DNA of 64,000 nucleotides from Callorhinchus milii (Eukaryota). This document shows, one piece after another, positions 1-10,204 of the stretch; the first letter of the stretch is position 1; each line of letters opens with the position of its first letter. The notes beneath the pieces were generated by a model that had not been told where the DNA came from, did not search any database, and saw only the letters and a list, made by a program, of their open reading frames with translations. Both the position numbers and the translations under genes were made by a program. Location of the stretch: assembly GCF_018977255.1 (NCBI RefSeq), contig NW_024704743.1, forward strand, positions 78,122,001-78,186,000. The letters are read 5' to 3'.

Positions 1-1420
1 GTAACAAAAAAGCTAACAATTTTTTATTAATAGTGACCTAAGAATTTCCATAGGCAACCTGGATTACCTTCTTTAAAAAGGAAAGTACTTGTGTTTGCAT
101 TATCTTTTTTAATGATTTTAAGGCCGGTGAGAATGTGCTATTGTTAATAAAAGGGAGCCAGTAATCTTCGCTCAACTGTGACGATCGCTAATCTACTGTG
201 ACCCTACCAGTCACAAAACCATGTCTTATAATAAAATCAGTACACAAGGTGACTATTTCACATTAATGTTTATTAGCAGATGTCTGGAATGAGTACTCTG
301 AAATAAATCAGAATAAATTTAGTTGATTGTTATTTGGTACGAGCAGTTTTAAAATTCACAAAAATACATCCCAAACCCGAGACCTCATATATTAACATGG
401 AATGCTGTACAACACTTCTTCTTGGAATTTGTTTTAATATTTTTGAATATGAAAAAAACAGGACTGAGTAAGCTTGTTAAAACTTTATCTTAAAATGATC
501 TCAGTATGTTTGCACTTGACCTCTGATAGTTCTTCATGGCTCAGTGTTATCAATTCAATACCGCCTTTTAATAAGATTCTCTTCTTTGATAACATGTGTT
601 ACTAGTAAAAGAACTTGGGTTCTGATAGAAATGAGCATGGTAGTACTGGGCATAACTTTCCGAGACACTTTGCTTAATGGCTGTAATGAGGAGTCCTCTT
701 TTTTATGGTTTAAAACAATATACAATGAATGTCCCACTGAGACTGATAGTTTGTATAAGGACTTGGTGGAGCAAAGTTGCATACAGCTGCATTTAAAGAA
801 ATGTCTTCATTTACAATGGAATGCTTATTTAATATAGTCCATCCTGTTCATAATTCTTGATCATCAACTCCCGATTTAATCTCGCTAACCATGGCAGCAA
901 TGATCACGAGTCTTCAGTATGGAAAATTGCCATGAATTGACAGCACAGAATGCACTGGTTGTCAGCCTCTGTATCAAGACCTGTTACCAGTACAAAGAAC
1001 ATGAGAACTCAATAAAAGCTCAGTGTCAATTATATGTATACATTTTTTTTAAAAACTGGAGTATTTCCCGGCAATAATCTAATCTATGCTCAAACAACAG
1101 TTCTCTCTATATCAAATGCAAGGATTATTTATTATTATCTGTTTGGGCTTTACTGTTGAGTTTGTGACATCACTTGAAGCCCTCAATTAGATTACATACT
1201 TGTAATCACTCAGAACTATCCATGATTCTCCCATTTAGTCAGATACGTCACACCACAGAACAAAAATTATTATTTTTTAGGTATGAATTTTTAATGGTGG
1301 TATACTTTTAAGTTTTTTTAAAATTTACAAGACTCAGTTACCAAGGAAAACACATTTTGACTTTTGGGATAGAGAAAAGATCTCTTTTTTGTGCCTATTT
1401 TAGAATTCCTTAGAATATTT

Positions 1421-1722
1421 GTGGAGTTCTGTATCTCAGTGGTAAGAGCACTCGCCTCTCAAACAAGAGATCTGGGTTTGATTCCCGGCAGGGCGAACCT
1501 TGGGTAAGTTTTCTTACTCCACACACTTAATAATAATCCCTCAAGAAAAAAACAATAATGAATTTGTCACTTCAATCCACGACTGTTTGTGGGACACTGC
1601 TGTGCGTAATTGGCTGCCGCGTTTTGCCCCAAAAATTTACATTGTATTCTGTGAAGCACTTTGAGAGTCTAGAAGACGTGAAAAGTGCTATATCGAATGC
1701 AAGGATTATTATTGTTGTTATT
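1421..1722 (+). mobile_element. tRNA-derived SINE (short subfamily, diverged copy)
   Basis: Pol III A/B box head, body shared with the other copies, (ATT)n tail. Confidence 0.9.
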
Positions 1723-2094
1723 ATCACACCCAGTATCACAAATCTTAAAGTCTTGGCCCAGGCCCAAAATTAAGATCTCAATCTTCTGAGAATAGTATGC
1801 AAAATCCCGTATGTTTTTATACAACCAATGTAGCTGTTTAAAAATGTGAGTTAAGATTAAAGGTACTGTGGATAAATACAGGAAGCCCAAGAGATGATAG
1901 AATCAAAGAAATAACAGTATAGAGGGTTGCTAAGTGCACTGATGAAGGAAGATTGCATTATAAGTACAGTTAAATTGGGGATAGAAAATGTGAGAATCGT
2001 GCCCTGGGAATATTCAACCTACTTACCATTTGTTTAACAACAAAATGGTTTAGTAAGAAATAAGAAAAATTATGTGACTATTCCTCTCATTAGG

Positions 2095-2950
2095 CTTCCT
2101 GACTGACTGACTGCCTGTCCGACATCAAGTCCTGGACGAGGGCCAACTTTCTCCAACTCAATGTCAGCAAGACTGAGGCCATCCTGATTGCCAGGCTCTG
2201 GCAGCATCAGCCTCCACGGCTGCACACTCAACCTCACTAAGCCAGTCAGGAACCTGGGTATTTTGTTTGACCCTGAACTGTCCTTTCTCCCCAACATCCG
2301 CGCCATGACCGGTACTGCCTACCATCACCTCCGCAACATTGCCAGACTCATCCATTGCCTCACCCCTCAGGCTGCTGAAACCTTCACCCACGCATCTGTC
2401 ACCTCAAGGCTTGATTACGGGAACTCCCTCCTCATCGGCGTTCCCAACTCTTCCCTTCACAAGCTGCAGGTCATCCAAAATTGCAGCTCGTGTACTCTCA
2501 TGCACCAGGCTCCGTGACCCCATCACTCCCACACTCGCCCGACTCCACTGGCTCCCCATCCCCCAGAGGATCAAGTTCAAGATCCTTGTCCTCACCTTTA
2601 AGGCCATCCATGGCCTTACCCCCTCCTACCTCTCTGACCTGCTGACTCCCTATCAACCAGAGTCCGGTCTGCTCCATGTCTCCCGCCCGACCCGCCCTAC
2701 CATCGTGGCCGGGCTTTCAGCCTCTCTGCCCCCACACTCTGGAACTCCATCCCACGGTCCGTTTGTTACGCTTCCTCCCTTGCCTCCTTCAAGGCCAGTC
2801 TCAAGATCCTTCTCTTCGACCGTGCCTTTGGTCTCCCTCCCACCTCTTTGCCTTCCCTCACCCCTACACCACCACCTCCCCCATGCTCGGGCCCCTGGAA
2901 CGTCCTCCAGAAGTGAAAGGGACTCTATAAACGTAATTTTGTTGTTGTTG
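2095..2950 (+). mobile_element. 5'-truncated L2-clade LINE (ORF2 C-terminus and 3' tail)
   Basis: VRNLGILFDPELSF, SRLDYGNSLL and LHWLPIPQRIKFKIL motifs; (TTG)n tail. Confidence 0.92.
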
Positions 2951-5769
2951 ATTATTAATTTAAACTAATCTAAAATGTGTCAATGGGATTCCTTTCATGA
3001 GGCGGTGCTCTGGAAGGATGAGAACAGATGGGCCGAAGGGCCTTCTTCATCCAAACCGATCTAGTGAGTTTAGATGAGCCAACAGTCTATTTCTGCCTGA
3101 AACTAATGTCATAGTCTAGGCCAGTGATGGCCAATATTTATGGTTGACCACCACTGGCCTAGACTATAATGTTATTTTAAGGCAAAAGTAGACTTTTGGC
3201 CCTTTATGGTTGGCCAACAAATTACATTTTCTTGATTGATTTAAGCCATATATAAAGAAATATTCCAGCAAGAAAAACTGAAAACACACTGCCCATCGAA
3301 CATGGACTTACCTGGACTCATGCAAATGATCAGGGCGGTTGGGGGGTCCTTTATGATGGCCTCACGGGCCACTTCCAGCCCACCGGCCACAAGTTGGCCC
3401 CCAGTACTGTCCAGGGAGTGCTTTGCATTGTTGGAGGTGACATCCTTTGGATGAGATGCTAAACCTAGGTTCCATCTGCCTGTGCATTTTATTTCAGGCA
3501 GTATTGGAAAAGAAAAGAGAGTTTTTCCTGAACAATCCTCCACATAACAAATTGATCGTTGATTTCATGGCTGTTTGTGGGACATTGCTATCCACAAATT
3601 GACTGCTGTATTCACCTATAAATATAATATACCCTGTAAAGCATTTGAGATGTTTCAACAATAACAACTTGCATTTCTATAGCGACCTTCGCAGGGGGTA
3701 GCATCCCGGAGTGTTTCAATGTGATAATGATTATTATTATCAACATAAAGTTTATTAATACTCAATGTACAACATGGTTAAAATCAGTGCACCTTTAACT
3801 TTATTCAGAAAAATACCAGGTGTTTTTCAATTATACGACTTTAGCACATTTGTTAAGAGGATGGCCAAAAAAAATGTTTGACTTCTTTCAGGTTATTCTG
3901 GTAAGACTACATTATTGTTTCATATTGATTCATTCAGCAAAACTTCACCTTTAAGTTGCTGGGATCCTTGTCTATATTTATTTGTGTTATTTGACAATAG
4001 ACTAGATCTGACTCAGTTTAAGAGATGCCGTAAGTCAACTACAGAAAAATGAATGGATTGAATTACAACCCTGAAGTCACAAAAGTGTCCGTTAAATCCC
4101 CTATCCCTTCAGGAATCATTCTGTAAACACTGAGGATATGAGGCAGTTTCTGTACAGAAATGTACAGTCTGCTGGTTCAAATGTTTTCAATAACACGATG
4201 TTCACTAAGCAATTTTTGCTATAGGACCCGTGTCAGACTTGATTTTCTGAGGGATCCCATATCATTGGGGGTAATTATCACATTGCATGCATATTTTCAG
4301 GCCGAAAAGGATTTACCTCAACATTGAAACACTAGGGCAATAGCCTTCAAATATACTAACAAACCTGAATCTCTCATTCTGCAATATCAAAACTTGTTAA
4401 ATTTGCAACTACAAATAAAAAATATATATTTAAAAAAACTCCTGGCATTTGATATAGTGCCTTTCACATTAGGAGAACGTCTCAAAGCACTTCACAAGAT
4501 TTACTTAAGGTAAGTGTGTATTTCTTTTCTAGGACAATGTCAAACATCAAAATAGTGAATCTTAGAAAGCCAGAGTGACTCATAATAATAATAACAATCC
4601 TTGCATTTGATATAGCGCCTTATCATATTATTCTGTCATCTCAAAGTGCTTTACACAATATAATATAAAGTGGATTGATTGACTGTGTCTTTTGTGGGAG
4701 AAACAGCAGCCAATTTGCGCACAGCAATGCCCTACAAACAGCCACAAATTGAATGACCAATTTTATTTGGGAGGATTGTTAAATGTTTTTTAGCATCTTG
4801 TGTACACTTGGGTAATGGGATTTTAGCTGATGATCCAAGTATATACAGTGTGGAGGACAACTGTAAGGGTAAAAATGACCCTCATCTCTTCCATGGTCAT
4901 GTCCATGATCTGAATCTTTGTACAGGTCCTACAATTGTGATTAAAGATGCAAACGTTTCCACAGGCTCTCAAACATTGAGCTGAAAACTTAGGTTACCAG
5001 TGGTGTTTGCGCACTTTATTAATAGATTTAGCTATCCTCGCAAACAATTACTGGTTGAAATTTTAGGAACAGGCGACCAGACTGCCTCCCAGTTCTCATC
5101 TGTGAACACCATATTCAATTCAACCGCACACATCCCAAGTAGCTGAGAAAAAGCTACTCAGTACCATAAAAATTGAATAAAAGCTGAGGAAGCTGAGAGC
5201 CTTGTGCAGCGACCTGTAGCCTTGATGACTTGTGTAAGATCTGTGAACTATTGTTGTAGGATACAATACAGCACTTTTCATGGTGGGAGGACATCCCAAA
5301 GTGCATTCACAGTTAGGATTGGTATCCAGACTGGAGACTATCCTAGAACAAATACATGAGAGAGTTATGAAAGAGACTTTCTGTTCCTAAGAGAACTAAC
5401 CAATTCTCAAAACCTGAAGAATCTTTGGAATACTTAAACTCAGTAAGCAGGCAAATGTCCTATTACATGCTGAAAACGTAGACTGAACTTCAGAACAAAA
5501 ATTATCTTCACAGTTGAGAAAAAATAAAAGCACTTTAAAAAACTGCACACATCACAAAAAGATGCCTTTGTTTTTTCAGATAGGGAAAGCCCAGCAGGCA
5601 ACACAAATCAATAAAATGATAAACTAAAAACTACTTTGTTGATATATTTGTTCCACTTCAAAAAAAATAGTGCTGCTTCAGTTGCATACAGGAAAGTATG
5701 TCTTAATTTGAAATACTTAAATGGATTAACATGTTAACCTATAATCAGGACTCTGATCTCATAGACTGA

Positions 5770-6120
5770 CACGGCAATGCTGAACCAAGGGAGTGCTGTA
5801 TTGTAAGATGCCGTCCTTCAGATGGGACATTAAACTGAGGTCCTGTCTGTCTGTTCAGGTGGACATTAAGGATCCCATGACACTATTCAAAAAGAGAAGG
5901 AAGTTTCTCCTGATGTCTTGGACAACAATCCCCCAGATAAATTTGGTCATTCACTTCCATGACTGTTTGTGGGATATTGTTGTGTGCAAATTAGCTGCTG
6001 TGTTCACCTTCAAAATATAATCACTAACTACACTTTACAGTAAAGATCGTTTAAGGGCTATGAGATATCTGAATGAAGTGATAAAGTGCTATATCAAATG
6101 GAAGGATGATTATTACTATT
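5770..6120 (+). mobile_element. Older Deu-domain SINE (SacSINE1/AmnSINE1-type)
   Basis: gatgggacattaaactgagg...caggtggacattaaggatcccatgacactattcaaaaagag core. Related copies at ~3410-3650(+), 7850-8060(-), 10750-11060(-), 13730-13870(-), 27600-27910(+), 30690-31013(+), 36478-36695(+), 37920-38230(+). Confidence 0.8.
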
Positions 6121-8599
6121 AGTAATATCCCATTTATTGAAGTAAAGCATTGTAAAGCTGGTTGCAGAAAATATTGATAATTCAACCACCACATTGCACA
6201 GCAGCCGTCATAGTTTTATTTATTTTTTATGTACTTTTGTTCAATAAAGATCTTGATTCTACAAAACGAATAGATGATGTTGGCTAACCGTTTAGGGTTT
6301 TATTCTCGTGCTCCTGGGTGAGACTATAGAGTTTGTGTGCGCTACCACGCTATAGTTTGCTTAAATGTACCCAGGCTGCTTTGATGCTAATGGTTGTGCA
6401 GGAGCTGTATGAATTTATTGTGCCGCATTTAGATTTAGTACATTGGAACCCTGCTTTCAGAAGGACCAAAAAGAAGAGAACCTATTGAAAAATCACTTTT
6501 TATGTCTTCAATGTGTCCTTGAAATCTAATGACAGGCATAAAACTGAACAGATTAAAAGGACTATGCTTCAAGCAGCTGCTGGTTTCACATTGGGAAATG
6601 GACAGAAAGTGCCTTGTGTCTGAGTACAGGACCAAATTATAAGGGGCTCAGTTGTAAAGGATGTCTAAGTATCATGTGTTTCTATTAAATGCATAGCTGT
6701 TTTTACACAGTTTGAGTGCACTTGGAGTTGAAGTCATGTATAATAAAAAGAAGGAATTTGAAAAATTATATTTACAATTGGATTACTGTGGAATCAGCTT
6801 CAGTGCTGCGATTGATGAGCAGTGTTGTAAAATATCTGTGGTATTTAAAGAGTCTTTTGAATTTTTTAACAGGAATTCCCTTTTAAAAAATCTTATATTA
6901 AACTCTACATAATAAATAATAATAATCACAAAACACACAGTTACTGCACTCTACAGTATATTCTGTGAAGCACTTTGTGACGTTTCGAAGACTTGATAAG
7001 GCGCTATATCAAATGCAAGGATTATTATATTATTACATTATTGCAGAGATATATACCTTTCCCATACTTCACCTATTTTGGTCTGACAGCCTAAGACTTG
7101 GTGGAACTGCAGATTTAGAGAGGATTAGCATCTTCAAAAGGATGGCAACAACGGGTCAATTACAGATACTCAACAAAGTTACTCTTCTAGCTATTTCCCC
7201 CTTCATCCATTGAAATATTCAGCTTAGCACTGCTGGTTTATTAAGTTGTCTTGTTACATTATGTGAGTATGTGTATTGTCAAGTCAGCCCTGCACTCTCT
7301 AACACCGTTAGACAACAGGCTCCAGCCCAAGCCACAGGATAGCTCTGTGGAACCTATTTCTTTTCATTCCTCAATGCCATTTTGAAATAAAGTATGTAGA
7401 TAATGCTGAAAATCATTACTGTCTGTGTCTGCCCGCAAGTGAATTATTAAGACTTTACCTCAGACAACCTAGAATTACCCAACTTGTGCCAACAGCTATA
7501 ATGTCAATATTTACTCCTGGTAGCAAAAGGGACTTACTTTGCTTTGGGCTTTATTACGCTGTTCATTAGAAGTTATTTCTCTGTTTCAATATTTTGTGCC
7601 ATTGTGATTGAGAAGCTAAAAGATCATGTCAGCATGTGTGAATAGCATGTGAAGAGGCAGCATGGCATTTGTTATTGCCTTTACTGTTAACATAGTGATG
7701 TTGTCTCAGTGCTCTCGTCTTCAAGGCTGACAAATGTTGCGCTCGATAGTACAGTACAGCGGAAATCCATTGGAGTTCACAAGATCACAAAAGAGGTTCA
7801 GATGAAAATAGCCCTTCAGTCCATTTGATCTACTCATTCCAGAATGAATAATCATGAACTTAATGACCAATTTTATTTCGGAGGATTGTTGGCCAGGACA
7901 CTAGGAGAAACTCCCTTCTCTTTTTTGAACAGTGTCATGGGATCTTTAACATCCACCTGAACAGGCAGATTTTGAAATCTCCGTTTAAAGTCTCATCCAA
8001 AGGACGCACCACCAACAATGCAGCACACCCCCAGCACTGCATTATAATGTCAGCTTAGACAATATTGGTTCCAAATCCTAAAGTGGGAAGAAGCACATAT
8101 AATGGCATACAAATTGTGGTAACCAGCAGCCTATGGCATAACCCAAAGACTACACACATCAACTCTCCAGTGAGCAGGAGCAGCATTTGACCCCAAATTG
8201 CAAACACTTTCCCGAACCTGTATCCAGGGCTAAATGTGAGCCAGTTTGTAATTTGCCACCAAATGCTCTGTACTTTGTATTCTGTACACAATGTATGTAA
8301 TGTATGTCTATGTGATGTAACCAACGGAAAAGGGTGAGAAAAAAACACGTAAAACCCATTCATTTAAATTGAAGTTCAGATTCACATGACTGAGCGCTTC
8401 TGTTTTTTTACCTGTGCTTACTGTTACTGATAATCTCTGCCTACTAATAATTCACAATGTCTTTATGATCAATCAGGCATACACCCTCAGCATGATGCTG
8501 TACAGAGTGCAAGTGAAGTGAAAAGGGCACCTTTTCGTGATAAAAAAATTATACATTCGCAAGAGATAAATTGTGCATGAGGAGTGCCTTTTGAAATTG

Positions 8600-8975
8600 T
8601 GTACATGTCCCATGTTTCTGTGACTGTCTTTGTTTGTGTAACTGTGCATGTTGTATGTATTTGCATTTGGCATGAATTGATGTGTGCGTGCATTTGTACA
8701 TGTGTGTTTGTATGTATATGTGTGTTTGTGTATGTGTACATTTGTTTGCGTTTGTTAGTGTGTATGTGTGTGTGTGTATGTGTAATTGTGTGTTTGTGTG
8801 TATGTGTAGGTGTATGTATGTTGTGTTTGTGTGTGTGTTTGTAAGTAGGTGTATGCATTTGTGTATGTGTATATGTGCATGTAAGTTTGTGAGTATGTAT
8901 GTATTTGTGTGTATGTGTTTTTGTGTATGTTGTGCGTATATGTGTTTGTGTGTTTATGTATATGTGTGTACTGTT
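8600..8975. repeat. Degenerate (TG)n/(TGTA)n microsatellite
   Basis: Directly visible. Confidence 0.9.
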
Positions 8976-9206
8976 TACTGTTTGTGCCCTGATGAACATA
9001 TTCTATAGATCACTTTTAATTTGGATTCTAACTCAACAATTATTGATCATGCCTCTTGGTAAATCTTAAGGTGAGACCCAACGATTTAACAATGGCAGGA
9101 CCAGTAATTGGTATTTGATGTGTTCAGGGGAAGAACGCATTACGTGCATAACGGCAGCGGCACTGCATGATCAAGCTGTCCATTGCAACAATGTGCTGAG
9201 TGTGCA

Positions 9207-9902
9207 TTAAGCACCTTCAATGTGGATGCATATACTAGGAATCATTGCCCTATTTCGTCTTAGAGTCTCTGCAGTAGAAAATTCTGCTTCTTCTTCAAAG
9301 TTGTTAACACCCTTCCTATTTTGAGTGTCTGGATCCTTTGAGCATTTCTGGTCTCGTGAGCTAATTTGACAGCTAATCGACATTGTCCACTCCAGTTCAG
9401 GCAGACAGGTGTCCCAAGACTAGCCAGCTGTACTGCAGATACTGCAGATTCAGTTTGTTACTTCCTGCTGGGTGTCATCTGTCTTCTTGTTCTTACAATG
9501 GATAATTTTTGTCCTTCTGACTTCATTTACTTGAACAGCTCCTGCCCGAGGCCTTGTCTGTCCAGGTTCGGCATCAAACATTGCGGCCCTGTGTCTAATC
9601 CGACTCGGCAGAACTCCAAACACTGCAGCCCTAGGCCTTTTTTGACCAGGATCAACATCATGTCCCACAAAAGTAGAGCCATCACATCTGTGGCCTTGGC
9701 CTCCCATCACAAACACAGCCCATGGACTTGTTTTGCTCAGGCAAAGTACATCCCACTCTCTGAAGCTGTCATTCCCATTGCTTTCATCTCAGATGAAGTC
9801 TGCCTCAACAGGTTTGGGTTTTCCTGCCTGTTGCAAGCAGTTGAATTGGACACAGCCACTTGGATGACAAAATCCCGTGGTAGATTATCGTTGTTATATG
9901 GC
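9207..9902 (-). pseudogene. Candidate unknown gene or pseudogene, large terminal exon
   Basis: Acceptor ttttttccttttgcccgaag|G. As written the spliced frame stops at 9737 (79 aa total). A second frame running 9788-9207 carries 14-codon repeats and only two internal stops. ATTAAA on the - strand at 9015-9020. Confidence 0.4.
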
Positions 9903-10130
9903 CTTCGGGCAAAAGGAAAAAATGACAAGATTCAGCACTTAACTATGCAGAAGATTCTAAATTAAATGTTGGGTGCACTAATCCCGAACGACACAATGAT
10001 TCCTCGAAGACAAGACGGTATATGTTCCAAGAAAAAAAAGTGACAGAGCTTACTGGGTACATCTATTGTTCTTTAAAAAAAGATGATGACCACATATGTT
10101 GATTTATATGCTTCAAGCAATTGATATTAC

Positions 10131-10204
10131 CATAGGTTTTTATCCTTAGCTGATTGGTACCTCCTGACCAGCAGGGCTGTATGAATAGGCAGCGTGCGAC
10201 ACAT
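10131..10204 (-). CDS. Candidate unknown gene, putative first coding exon (MCRTLPIHTALLVRRYQSAKDKNL+2 nt)
   Basis: Acceptor ttttcaaccaag|G at 10221, ATG at 10204, donor TG|GTAATA. The phase matches the exon starting at 9902. No homolog recognised. Confidence 0.35.

Noticed and set aside
1..9000. EEF1E1 exons expected upstream of BLOC1S5 by synteny
   Set aside because: No EEF1E1-like translation found. The short ORFs at 544-837 and 6712-6912 resemble nothing I recognise.
9366..9965. 199-aa + strand ORF
   Set aside because: Non-ATG start and no recognisable domain. It is in register with the - strand candidate frame, whose repeats show better amino-acid conservation, so it is treated as an antisense shadow. 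Not fully excluded.
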